64,000 bases of DNA from Kofleriaceae bacterium (GTDB taxonomy: Bacteria > Myxococcota_A > Polyangia > Haliangiales > Haliangiaceae): NCBI GenBank assembly GCA_965215005.1, contig CBDCCZ010000054.1, forward strand, positions 32,001 to 96,000. Direction: 5' to 3'. Both the position numbers and the translations under genes were made by a program. Shown in pieces: positions 31,225 through 41,374 of this stretch (within the stretch, counting starts at the first letter, position 1; the number at the start of each line of letters is the position of its first letter). The notes beneath the pieces are model-generated. The model was not told where the DNA came from and made no database searches. It was given only the letters and a program-made list of their open reading frames with translations.

Positions 31225-31686
31225 ATGGCAGAAACGGAAGCTGACCATCATTACATGGGCGTCGCGCTCGAAGCGGCGCGCACGGCGTACTACGCGGGCG
31301 ATGTCCCGGTGGGCGCAGTGGTGGTACTCGACGAGCGCATTGTTGGTTGGGGTTATAACCGCCGGCAAGTGCTCGGGGATCCCACTGCTCACGCGGAGGT
31401 CGAGGCGTTGCGAAGCGCCAGCCGTGCCGTTGGCAACTGGCGCATCGAAGGCACCCTGTACGTCACCCAAGAACCGTGTCCTATGTGTGCTGGCGCGCTG
31501 GTGAACGCGCGGATCGCGCGGCTGGTCTACGGCTGCGCGAATCCAAAGGCGGGCGCGGTTGAGACGCTTTACCAAATTGTCAGTGACCCGCGGCTCAATC
31601 ACCGGATGCCTGTCACCGGTGGTGTGCGAGGCGAAGAATGCGCCACCTTGATGCGAAGGTTTTTTGCCAAGCTGCGGCGGCGATGA
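31225..31686 (+). CDS. tadA: tRNA adenosine(34) deaminase
   Basis: VPVGAV, DPTAHAE, EPCPMCAGA, LNH. Confidence 0.95.
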   Translation: MAETEADHHYMGVALEAARTAYYAGDVPVGAVVVLDERIVGWGYNRRQVLGDPTAHAEVEALRSASRAVGNWRIEGTLYVTQEPCPMCAGALVNARIARLVYGCANPKAGAVETLYQIVSDPRLNHRMPVTGGVRGEECATLMRRFFAKLRRR

Positions 31687-31918
31687 TCTTGGGAGTTATG
31701 CGCAAAGCGCCTGGCGTAACGCGCAATCTCCAGCAAAGGGATTTCGCAGCGTTGTCGCAGTGAGCAACAGCGCGAGCGCAGTCTCCATCATGAAGGGTGT
31801 CGCGTGGATAGTTTGCAGGCTGCGCGCAGAGAGTTCCGCGCCAATAGCGCGACAAGATTCACCCGACCACGACCCCCTCTTTATAGGGCTATTTCGCGGT
31901 CGATCGGGCGTCCGTTCA

Positions 31919-32004
<86 letters not shown>

Positions 32005-32048
32005 CTGCTGCGTATCGGCAGCTGGTATACCGGCTCACGTGTCTTCCT

Positions 32049-32136
<88 letters not shown>

Positions 32137-32168
32137 GTTCTGCTTCTCCACTCGTTCTTGTGATTTGC

Positions 32169-32251
<83 letters not shown>

Positions 32252-32322
32252 CTTTTTTGCGGCCGGTGATCGTCCATGAGACGGTCGCCGGCCGTTTCTT
32301 TATGCGATAGGGTGGGCTGGCC

Positions 32323-34485
32323 GTGTCGTACCTGGTTCTTGCGCGAAAGTATCGGCCTCAGACCTTTAGCGAGGTGGTTGGCCAAGAGCACGTCACGCGT
32401 ACGTTGGCGAACGCGTTCGCGCAGGACCGCGTGCACCACGCGTTTCTGTTTTGTGGGCCGCGCGGCTGTGGCAAGACCACCACGGCGCGCATTCTCGGCA
32501 AGGCGCTCAACTGCGAGGTCGGGTCGTCGCCGGAGCCATGCGGCAGGTGCGCCGCCTGTCAGAGCATCCTCGCCGGCAGTGCCGTGGATTACTTCGAGAT
32601 GGACGGCGCGTCCAACCGCGGTATCGATGCGATTCGCGAGCTCACGGATGCGGTGAGATACCAGCCGGCGGTGCTGCGCAAGAAGGTCTACGTCATCGAC
32701 GAGGTCCACATGTTGACCCCGGAGGCCTTCAACGCGCTCCTCAAGACGCTGGAGGAGCCGCCCCCGCACGTGACCTTCGTTCTTGCCACCACCGAGCCGC
32801 AAAAGCTCCCCAACACGATCCTGTCGCGTTGTCAGCGGTACGACTTCAAGTTGGTTCCGAGCCAACGGCTGGCCGAGCACCTCACAGCAATTTTTGCCGC
32901 CGAGTCCCTGGCGGCCGAATCCGGAGCGGTGAACCTCATCGTTCGTGAATCGGGTGGGTCGGTGCGCGATGCGCTCTCGATCGCCGACCAGGTCATCTCC
33001 TACGCCGGCGATAGCGCTCTCACCGAGGGAAGCGTCGCCGAGGTGCTGGGCGTTGCCGACCGTGCCTTGACCCGCGCTATCGTGACGGCGCTTGCCGCTG
33101 GCGACGCGGCCAGCGCGCTAGACGCGGTCGACCAGGCGGCAACGCGCGGTGTCGATGAGGTGCAAATCGCGCGGGCGGTGGTGCGATACCTGCGCGACCT
33201 CGCAGTGCTGCAGGTGGCGCCGCAGTCCGAGCAACTCGTCGATGGCACCGCCGAGGAGCGTGCCGAGCTGGTTGCGGAGTGCAAGCGGCTCGATCGGGCT
33301 CGTGTGCGGCAGATGTTCGACCGCATGGTGCGGGCGTGCGACGAGCTGGGTGAGACGCAGATGCCGCGAATGGTCTTGGACCTGGCGCTGATTGACGTGG
33401 CGGCATTGGAGCCGCTGTTGCCGCTCGGCGATCTGCTCGAGCGGCTCGCCGAGCTCGAAATCCGGCTCGGCGGTGGTGGTGGTTTGGGTGGTGGCGGTGG
33501 TTCGGTGCGCGGGCCGTCATCGTCATCGGGCTCGCGCGGAACCAGCCGGGATTCTTCGCGCGGCGGGACCGGCGAACGGGGCGGCGCCTCGGCCGCTTCG
33601 TCGGACGCCGCACGTAGTGACCTTGATGAGCGGGCGCCCGTCGAGATGAGCTTGCCGCCGAGAGGCGCGGAGGCCCGACCGTCGCTGACGGCGGATCCGG
33701 GCGGCTTGGGCGAGGTCGCGTCAGGTGACGCTTCGTCTCATCGGCGCGCTGCGCCAGGCAACGCTGTCACCGGCACCTCGCCAGGCAGCAGCGCGAACGG
33801 CGCCACGGCGTCGAACGGCGCCACGACGTCGAATGGCGCCACGACGTCGAACGGCGCCACGACGTTGAATGGCGCCACGACGTCGAATGGCGCCACGACG
33901 TCGAACGGCGCCACGGCGTCGAATGGTCGCGGCCGAGGTGAGCTCGGTGGGGCGCTCGGCCAGCACTCAGCCGCGGACACGGTGAGCAACACGACTGCTC
34001 CGAGTCGCCACGAGCGCGGCTCGGAGCGGGCCGGCTCCCGCGATGCCCCCGCGGCGCGCGATGCGACGGCGGCGGATCTAGCGGCGTGGCAAGAGCTCCT
34101 GAGCGCCCTCGCCGAAAGCCGCAAGATGTCGCTGTACGGCATCTTCGAGCAGGCGCGGCTGCTCCGCTGGCAACACGATTCGCTCGAGGTCGGCTTCACG
34201 CCCGACCTTGCGGGGCTCGCCGAGATGGCCGGCGAGCGCGACAACCTCTCGGTGATGAAGGCCTTCCTCACCGAACGCTATGGACGTTCCATCGACCTCG
34301 TCGTACGTCAGCTGGCAGACGGCGAGGCGGCCAAGAGTTCGGCTCGATCGGTGCTAGAGGTAGAGCAAAAGCGGCGCTCAGATGAGCGCGCAGTGCTCGA
34401 GGCGGAGGCGCGCGCCCACCCGCTCACCAACATGGTCCTCGAGACGTTTGGCGCCACAATCAAGGAGATCAAAACCGATGTCTAA
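32323..34485 (+). CDS. dnaX: DNA polymerase III subunit gamma/tau
   Basis: YLVLARKYRP, GPRGCGKTT, DEVHML, SRC. Confidence 0.97.
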   Translation: MSYLVLARKYRPQTFSEVVGQEHVTRTLANAFAQDRVHHAFLFCGPRGCGKTTTARILGKALNCEVGSSPEPCGRCAACQSILAGSAVDYFEMDGASNRGIDAIRELTDAVRYQPAVLRKKVYVIDEVHMLTPEAFNALLKTLEEPPPHVTFVLATTEPQKLPNTILSRCQRYDFKLVPSQRLAEHLTAIFAAESLAAESGAVNLIVRESGGSVRDALSIADQVISYAGDSALTEGSVAEVLGVADRALTRAIVTALAAGDAASALDAVDQAATRGVDEVQIARAVVRYLRDLAVLQVAPQSEQLVDGTAEERAELVAECKRLDRARVRQMFDRMVRACDELGETQMPRMVLDLALIDVAALEPLLPLGDLLERLAELEIRLGGGGGLGGGGGSVRGPSSSSGSRGTSRDSSRGGTGERGGASAASSDAARSDLDERAPVEMSLPPRGAEARPSLTADPGGLGEVASGDASSHRRAAPGNAVTGTSPGSSANGATASNGATTSNGATTSNGATTLNGATTSNGATTSNGATASNGRGRGELGGALGQHSAADTVSNTTAPSRHERGSERAGSRDAPAARDATAADLAAWQELLSALAESRKMSLYGIFEQARLLRWQHDSLEVGFTPDLAGLAEMAGERDNLSVMKAFLTERYGRSIDLVVRQLADGEAAKSSARSVLEVEQKRRSDERAVLEAEARAHPLTNMVLETFGATIKEIKTDV
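33793..33927. repeat. Tandem 18-bp repeat x7.5 (SNGATT) in the DnaX linker
   Basis: Unit TCGAA(C/T)GGCGCCACG(A/G)CG. Confidence 0.92.
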
Positions 34486-34828
34486 CGAAGAAGGTGGCGG
34501 CGGTACGTTCCCGGATCTGAGCAACATCATGCAAGTTGCTCAGAAGCTCCAAGGGGACGTCGCGCGGATGCAAGAGGAGCTGACCAAAATGACCTCCGAA
34601 GCCTCGGCTGGTGGCGGCATGGTTACCGCCGTGGTCAATGGTCAATACGAGGTGGTCTCACTTCGCCTCGACAAAGACGTGGTCGACCCAAGCGACGTTG
34701 GAATGCTCCAGGACCTGGTCGTGGCGGCCGTCAATCAAGCCATGGGCAAGATGCGAGAAGTCGCCAAGGAGCACATGGGTAAGCTGACCGGCGGGATGAA
34801 CATCCCCGGAATGCCCAACTTGTTCTGA
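34478..34828 (+). CDS. ybaB: YbaB/EbfC nucleoid-associated protein
   Basis: AGGGMV, LQDLVVAAVN; between dnaX and recR; AAGGAG SD. Confidence 0.92.
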   Translation: MSNEEGGGGTFPDLSNIMQVAQKLQGDVARMQEELTKMTSEASAGGGMVTAVVNGQYEVVSLRLDKDVVDPSDVGMLQDLVVAAVNQAMGKMREVAKEHMGKLTGGMNIPGMPNLF

Positions 34829-34847
34829 AGAAGGCCGGCGGCGAGTC

Positions 34848-35444
34848 GTGCAAGGTCCCATCGAGCGTCTGGTCCAGCACCTCGCGCGGCTACCTGGCGT
34901 AGGCGAAAAGACTGCTACGCGATTGGCGTTTCACATCGTGCGCAGCCCTAAGGCGCACGCGCGCGATCTCGCCACCGCACTCCTCGATGTTGTCGACCGC
35001 ATCCGGCTTTGCTCGGTATGCGCCAACATCACCGAAGCCGATCCGTGCTCGGTGTGCACCGACGGACGCCGTGACGGCAGTCAGATCTGCGTCGTCGCAA
35101 ACCCCTCCGACCTAGTCGCCATCGATCGCTCTGGTCACTTTCGCGGGCGATTTCACGTGCTCCACGGACTGCTCTCACCCCTGGAGGGGATAGGGCCCGA
35201 AGACCTGCGCATCGACGAGCTTCTCACGCGCCTGGAGAGCCAGGAATCCAGCGTTGCCGAGATCATTCTCGCCACGGCGGCGAGCGTCGAGGGCGAGGCC
35301 ACAGCCATGTATCTGGCCCGGCTCATCAAACCGCTGGGGGTGGCGGTGAGTCGCATTGCCAGCGGCATACCGGTGGGAGGGGAGCTCGAATACTCTGATC
35401 AAGCGACGATTGCCCGCGCGATCGATGGCCGTGCACGAATGTAG
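34848..35444 (+). CDS. recR: Recombination mediator RecR
   Basis: LPGVGEKTA, C4 zinc finger, EGEATA, GIPVGGELEY. Confidence 0.96.
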   Translation: MQGPIERLVQHLARLPGVGEKTATRLAFHIVRSPKAHARDLATALLDVVDRIRLCSVCANITEADPCSVCTDGRRDGSQICVVANPSDLVAIDRSGHFRGRFHVLHGLLSPLEGIGPEDLRIDELLTRLESQESSVAEIILATAASVEGEATAMYLARLIKPLGVAVSRIASGIPVGGELEYSDQATIARAIDGRARM

Positions 35445-35610
35445 GTCCGTTGACTTCGGAGTCCGTTGCTATCTCGAGACCCGGCAGCCGCATAATTGCC
35501 TGGAAAGGTTGAACGAATCAGGAGCGCCTGTTAGCGTCAGTCGGTACGCGAAGCAGGCGTTACTGCTTCGTCGGTTCGGATCGTTAGCGGCGTCAAGGAG
35601 CCTCGAGGAC

Positions 35611-36090
35611 ATGGGGAACCAGCTGGTCATGTACGAAGAGGAGCTGCAGCAGATCAATGCGGTCTGCGAAGTGCTCCATCGGGACTCGAACGCCAAGGCG
35701 GTTCTCGTCATCGACAAAAACGGGCAAGCCATCGCGCAGGCCGGCGACGTCGATCACATCGACGTCACCTCTCTCTCCTCGCTAACCGCTGGCAACGTTG
35801 CGGCCACCGGCGGTATTGCCAACCTTCTCGAGGAGAAGGAGTTTGCCGGACAGTTCCACGAGGGCGAGCGGACCAACGTTCACATATCCATCGTCGCGGG
35901 GCGCGTCATCTTGCTGGTGCTGTTCGACGAGCGGTCTTCGCTCGGTTTGGTGCGGCTCCGCGTGAAAAAGGCCACCGGCGAGCTAACCTCTGTGCTCGAG
36001 GCGCTGGTGCAGAAGAGTCAGTCGGGTTCTCAACCGTCGGTGTTCGCGGAGATCACCGATGATGACATCGACAACCTCTTCAACGATTAG
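35611..36090 (+). CDS. mglB: Gliding-motility roadblock GAP MglB
   Basis: 159 aa, MGNQLVMYEEE...SLTAGNVAA...EITDDDIDNLF. Confidence 0.95.
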   Translation: MGNQLVMYEEELQQINAVCEVLHRDSNAKAVLVIDKNGQAIAQAGDVDHIDVTSLSSLTAGNVAATGGIANLLEEKEFAGQFHEGERTNVHISIVAGRVILLVLFDERSSLGLVRLRVKKATGELTSVLEALVQKSQSGSQPSVFAEITDDDIDNLFND

Positions 36091-36108
36091 GCGCGCTGAG
36101 ACACTCGC

Positions 36109-36696
36109 ATGAGCTTCATCAACTACTCATCTCGCGAGATCAACTGCAAGATCGTCTATTACGGTCCGGGTCTGTGCGGCAAGACCACCAACCTGCAGTA
36201 CATCTACAACAAGACCAACCCGGAGGCGAAGGGCAAGATGATTTCCCTCGCCACGGAAACCGAGCGGACGTTGTTCTTCGATTTCTTGCCGTTGTCGCTC
36301 GGCGAGATCCGCGGCTTCAAGACCCGCTTTCACCTCTACACCGTGCCCGGCCAGGTGTTCTACGATGCGAGCCGCAAGCTCATCCTCAAGGGCGTCGACG
36401 GCGTGGTGTTCGTGGCCGACTCGCAGATCGAGCGCATGGAAGCCAACATCGAGTCGCTCGACAACCTGCGCACCAACCTCGCAGAGCAGGGCTATGACCT
36501 CGACAAGCTTCCCTACGTCGTGCAGTTCAACAAGCGTGATTTGCCCAATGCATCGCCGCTTGCTGAGCTACAAGAGGTACTAAATCCCACCAACGTGGCC
36601 AGCTTCGAAGCAGTGGCCACCAAGGGCTCGGGCGTATTCGACACCCTCAAGGCGGTGGCCAAGCTGGTGCTGACGGAGCTCAAGAAAGGCGGCTAA
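36109..36696 (+). CDS. mglA: Ras-like polarity GTPase MglA
   Basis: 195 aa, [36 protein letters not shown]. Confidence 0.98.
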   Translation: MSFINYSSREINCKIVYYGPGLCGKTTNLQYIYNKTNPEAKGKMISLATETERTLFFDFLPLSLGEIRGFKTRFHLYTVPGQVFYDASRKLILKGVDGVVFVADSQIERMEANIESLDNLRTNLAEQGYDLDKLPYVVQFNKRDLPNASPLAELQEVLNPTNVASFEAVATKGSGVFDTLKAVAKLVLTELKKGG

Positions 36697-36771
36697 CGGC
36701 TGCCGCGCTCAGGCCCGCTCCATCGCTCTCATCCGCCACGGCCAGGGCGGTGCAACGAACAAGGTGGCCTC

Positions 36772-38889
36772 ATGAACCTCGCAGAGCGACCCCGATTCCG
36801 CAATGACTTGGTAGCGCAGCCCATCGAAGAGGCAGGGCAGCTGTTCGTCGACGTCACCGACCCAGACTCGGGCGAGACGTTTCGCTTCTATGAGGTCGAG
36901 TACGCCCTTGCCTGTGCCATGGATGGTCAGCGCGACGTCGGCGGCTTGGTGCATTGGGCGGAAGAAGAGCTCGGACTCGTCCCGTCGAGCGACGAAATTG
37001 GCACCGTCGTAAAGACCCTCGACACGCTTGGATACCTCTCGCGCTCGGCGCGCAGCGCCGCGAGCGAGGACGTTGAGCTCGGCGCACCCGGAGCCGGTTC
37101 GCGGCGCTCCGCATCGGCCACCGAGCCACCGCAGGTGGAGCTAGGCGCTGCGGGAAGCGCCATCACGCCTTCTGAGGAGATGCCGCCACCGCCAGGTGAT
37201 GAGCTCGAGCTTGGTCGTGCGGGTGCGGATCAAATTCGCGGCTCGATGGCGGCCATCCCTTCTACCCCTCGCGGCGACGACGAAGCGCTCACACCGCGAG
37301 GTCAGTCGGCAGCGCCGAGCGTAGCCGCGTCCCAGGGCATGGAGCCGTCGGCTCCGCAGCGAGCCGAGTCCTCGGCTTCTTCCTCGTCCGCCGCGACCAA
37401 CCGCTTCGAACGCAGCACGCACGACGATAGCCTGGCGGCCTCGCGCGAAGCGTCGGGTCGCGCGATGACGCAGCCGCCGCGCTTGCCTACTGCCCCTCCG
37501 GGGCCCGCGCGTGGCTCTGCCGCGGAGCTGTTCGAAGAATCGTTTGCCGGCCTCATGGAAGAGCGGGCGCGGCCGGCCGCTGGCCCCTCGGCGATGGAGA
37601 TCGATGCGATCACGCCGCTTCCAGGGGAGGTGCAGCCATCGCTGCGTCCTCGTAGCAATGCCGACGCCGATGAGGATGGTCCCACCAACCTTCCCCCGGC
37701 ACAGCCCGACTTTGAAGACGAAGAGGTCTCGGTCGATCTCAGCCAGCATCTGTCGCTGGGCACCGCGGATGTAAAGGAAGCCGTTCGCGCCTCCAAGGTG
37801 ATGAAGGCGGTCGACGTGCCGCGCGAGCTCCTCGACGAGCTCGACGATCGGTCGCCTGCCGCGGCAATTCCGACCAGCACGGCGGCCGCGGCGGCGGCCT
37901 CTGCGGGCGCGGCTGTGCCCGCTCCCACCGCGGCGACGAGCGCTACGGCGCCGGCAACTCCCATGGCTGGCAAGCCGGCTCAAGAGCTACCGGCGACCCC
38001 AGCGGGCATGGAGCGGAGCGCGCCGGTTGGGCGGCCCGTCGAGGTTCCCACCGAGGGCGGGCATCCGCTGCCGAGCGAGGTCCGTCGCAACATCTCGCCG
38101 CTGCTCGTGGTGCTGATGGTGGTGGCCCTCCTCGGTGCTTGTGCCTACTACTACTGGGCTTTCATCTACGACCGCGGTGCAGTTTCGTCGGTCGACGAGC
38201 CCGCCGCGCTCGAGCCCGTCGAGCCGCTCGAGCCGTTACCTCCGCCGCCTCCAACCTCGGTGTTGGCCGCCGGAGCGCCCGTGGTGGAGGAGCTCGCTGC
38301 AGGAACCAACGGGCGTCTTGACGAGGTGGCCGAGCAAGGCGCAACCGTGGCCACCGATGATGTCGTCGCGCGTTTCGCCGGCTGGAAGCGCTATCAAGAC
38401 GAGATGGACCGCGATGAATACGATCTGAAGCGCTACGATCGCCGGATTGAGCGCGCATTGAGCGACAAAGAAGCGGCCGAGGCTGCGAGCAATGAAGCGG
38501 CAAAGAAGCGCGCCGAGCAGTTGATCGCGCAGACCGAAGACAAGATTGCGCGCCGCAAGGAAAGCATCGCCGCGAGTGCCGCTGCCATGGACAAGCTTCT
38601 TCTCAAGGCACCCTCGGATGGAGTCGTCGAGCGCGTCGCGCAGCCCGGCGCGGTGGTCAAAGCATCCGACGTGGTGGTGCGCATCCAGGGCGAGCCCACG
38701 ACTGTGGCTAGCTTTGAGCTACCGGCGGGGCAAGAAGCCAATTATTCGGCGGAGCAGACGGTGACACTCAAGGATGCCGCGAGCAGTCGCAGTATCGATT
38801 GCACCGTCAGCGAGCTCGTCGGACAGACCCTCAAGGCTCGATGCCCGTCGGAGGGGCTGCCAATCGGCAGCCAAGTGAAACTCGACTGA
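36772..38889 (+). CDS. PqqD/RRE-like N-domain + disordered linker + TM + membrane-fusion-protein-like domain
   Basis: N-terminal PRFRNDL...DPDSGETFRF...DGQR...LDTLGYL; TM near residues 443-465; lipoyl-like halves flanking a coiled-coil hairpin. Confidence 0.65.
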   Translation: MNLAERPRFRNDLVAQPIEEAGQLFVDVTDPDSGETFRFYEVEYALACAMDGQRDVGGLVHWAEEELGLVPSSDEIGTVVKTLDTLGYLSRSARSAASEDVELGAPGAGSRRSASATEPPQVELGAAGSAITPSEEMPPPPGDELELGRAGADQIRGSMAAIPSTPRGDDEALTPRGQSAAPSVAASQGMEPSAPQRAESSASSSSAATNRFERSTHDDSLAASREASGRAMTQPPRLPTAPPGPARGSAAELFEESFAGLMEERARPAAGPSAMEIDAITPLPGEVQPSLRPRSNADADEDGPTNLPPAQPDFEDEEVSVDLSQHLSLGTADVKEAVRASKVMKAVDVPRELLDELDDRSPAAAIPTSTAAAAAASAGAAVPAPTAATSATAPATPMAGKPAQELPATPAGMERSAPVGRPVEVPTEGGHPLPSEVRRNISPLLVVLMVVALLGACAYYYWAFIYDRGAVSSVDEPAALEPVEPLEPLPPPPPTSVLAAGAPVVEELAAGTNGRLDEVAEQGATVATDDVVARFAGWKRYQDEMDRDEYDLKRYDRRIERALSDKEAAEAASNEAAKKRAEQLIAQTEDKIARRKESIAASAAAMDKLLLKAPSDGVVERVAQPGAVVKASDVVVRIQGEPTTVASFELPAGQEANYSAEQTVTLKDAASSRSIDCTVSELVGQTLKARCPSEGLPIGSQVKLD

Positions 38890-38945
38890 GCAAATCCGTG
38901 CGCTCGGCTGGTCGGCGCGGGGCACGTGTGTGTTGCTGAAGCGGC

Positions 38946-39164
38946 TTACGTCGCCGACCAGGTCTTCACGTCGAGGATGGGCCCTGTCATACCGATGCCC
39001 ATCGCGTCGCGGGCGATGGAGCCTTCGATGGTGACCTGTTGGCCTTCGCAGCGAAGGCTATCGTCGCCGCCGCGAAGTTGATAGCGCTCGCCATCGTCGG
39101 CGTGCAGCTCCCAAATGCCGCCCTCGAGATCGTTCTTGCGTACGGTGCCGGTGATGTTTGCCAT
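38946..39164 (-). CDS. Small OB-fold-like protein (DUF5818-like)
   Basis: GTVRKNDLEGGIWEL...MGIGMTGP; AGGAA SD. Confidence 0.7.
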   Translation of the reverse strand: MANITGTVRKNDLEGGIWELHADDGERYQLRGGDDSLRCEGQQVTIEGSIARDAMGIGMTGPILDVKTWSAT

Positions 39165-39225
39165 GAGTTCCTTCGCAGCAAGGTAGCGTGGTTCGCGGTC
39201 GACGCCAATGCGTCAACGACTGCGA

Positions 39226-41326
39226 TCAATAGGTGAGGTCGTTGACGAGATAGTCGGCATCGATGGCGAGCGGCTGCTCATAGATGGTGCCCTCATAGAG
39301 GTAGAGGTAACGCGCGTAGATCTCGGGCACCTTCTTCATGTAGCCGCGCGTTTGATTGTACGAGACGAGCTCGATGAACTCATCGATCGGTCGCTCGCCG
39401 TTCTTGTCGAGCCAGCGCATCACCGGCCGCGGGCCGCTGTTGAACGAGCCCGCACCGATGGGAATCTGCTGCTTGAACTTCTCGAGGAGGTGCCCGATGT
39501 ACCAGGCGCCCGCGCGAATGTTCAGCTCCGGGTCGTAGAGCAAGTCGCTCGTGTACTCGAGACCGAGCTCCCCCACTACCCGGCGCGTCGTCGGCGGAAT
39601 CATCTGCAGCAGGCCGATCGCATCGGCGTACGAAACCGTGTGCGGATTGAAACCGCTTTCCTTGCGCATGATCGAGTAGAGGTAGTACGGCGGGTTATCG
39701 CCGATGCGCTGGTGCTTCTCCACGAGCTTTCGGTACGCGAGCGGATATGCATGCTCCCACCACACCCGCGCTTTGCCTTTGGGTGGTGCATCGAGCGCTC
39801 TACTACCGCCGTAAATCACCGCCAGCATCCATGGGCGGTTGAAGTTGTTCGCTTTGCGATAGCGATCCATGAGGATCGCCAAGGCGGCCGAGGTCGCGTG
39901 CCGCCGGATGAAGGCGCGCTCGCCCCGACGCAGCTCTTCTCCGGCTTCGACATCCAGGCCCGCGGCCATGAGCTCATCGGCCGCGCGAATCAGAGGATCG
40001 CGAGCGAGCCGCTCATCGACGCGCTCGTCGATCGCGGGGGCATCGGCCGGCGCGCGCGGGGCATCGCCGAAAGGCCCGAGGTCCACGCCCACCTCTTTCA
40101 GTCGTGAGTGAGCCAGGAGCGCGTACCACGAAAATGGATAGCGGCTGACCAGCGCGCGATACTCCGCGACCGCCTCTTCCTGGCGCTCGAGCTTCTGCAG
40201 CGCGCGCGCCTTCCAGTAGCGACCCTTGCCGTCTTCGAGGCGATCGGAGCCCTTCGCCACTTCCCTCGAATCGCGACAAAGCGCGCTGGTAGTCGCCCAG
40301 GAACCAATGCGACAGACCGAGGAACCACGTCGCGCTATCGGCCCAGCGGCTGCGCGGAAACCGCCGCCGCGTCTCTTCGAGGTACGGCACCGCCTCTCGA
40401 TAGTTGCCCATGTTGAATTCGAGCCAGCCCGATAACAGCTGCGCTTCGCCGGCCCAGTCGCTGCGCGGGTACTTGGCAACTACGCGCTGATACCAGCCAA
40501 TTGCCTGCTTATCCAAGTCGGCCCGCGACAGCGCGCGGGCGCCGTGAAACAACGCTCGCGCGGCCTCGCCGCCCATCTGCTCGTAGAGCCCGAGCAAAAT
40601 TCTGCCGGCATCGCCGTAGCGCCGCCGCATGCTGAAGTACGTCATCCCCAGCCAGTAGTCGCGCAAGCGCACCACCGCCGGGTCCTCATCATCGTCGATG
40701 CGCGAGAGCTCTGCGACCGCTTCGTGCCAGAGGTGCGCGGCCTTGAGATTCTTGGCGCGCTCGATGCGGTCACGAGCATCGAGCGAGGCGTCACCACCGT
40801 AGGCGATCAACTTCTCACGGATGTCGCTCGCCAGCGGGTGCGCCGGGTACTCGAGCCGCAGAGCGTGGAGCTGCTGCCGCGCCAGCGCAACCTTGCCTCG
40901 CTTTGCGTTGGCCTCGGCGATGCGAAACCGAGCGATGGCTTCATCGCCGCCGCCCCCGCGTTGCACCAGCCGCTCATAGCTCACGCGGGCCGGCTCTACG
41001 CGCCCCATCGCCCACAGCGCATCGGCCAGGCGCCACACTGCCAGGCTGGCAAAGCGCGAGCTTGGCGTCTTGCGCAGCCGCTCGAGCTGCGCGACCGCCG
41101 CGGCGTGGTTGCCGAGCATCGCTGCGGATTGCGCGGCCACGTATAGCGCGTAGTCGGCGTTTTCGAGCTTGGTGGTGTCGATCTTGCTGGCCACGGCATA
41201 GGCGCGGTCGTAGTTGCCGGCTTGGTACGCGCGCCATGCAGTTCCCAACGCCCGCGCGGGAGACTCGGCGCGGGCGGAGGCTGCTACCGTGAAGAGCACG
41301 ACGATGGCCACGGTTGCGCTGCGCAC
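39226..41326 (-). pseudogene. TPR-containing soluble lytic transglycosylase, split by a 1-nt frameshift at ~40263-40265 (pseudogene or sequencing error)
   Basis: Signal peptide and TPRs in ORF 40013..41671; SLT motif IMRKESGFNP...AIGLLQ in ORF 39226..40479. Removing one base joins them. Confidence 0.8.
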
Positions 41327-41374
41327 GATGGCCGAAGTATATCGTCCGGGCCGGCTCGCGCACCTGGGGGACTC

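Noticed and set aside
31687..31918. Structured spacer between tadA and tRNA-Ser(CGA) as a T-box or other ncRNA
   Set aside because: A few hairpins are present, but there is no T-box consensus, clear promoter or terminator to define an RNA.
32323..34485. Programmed gamma/tau frameshift in dnaX
   Set aside because: I saw no A AAA AAG or long A-run slippery site; the ORF is continuous.
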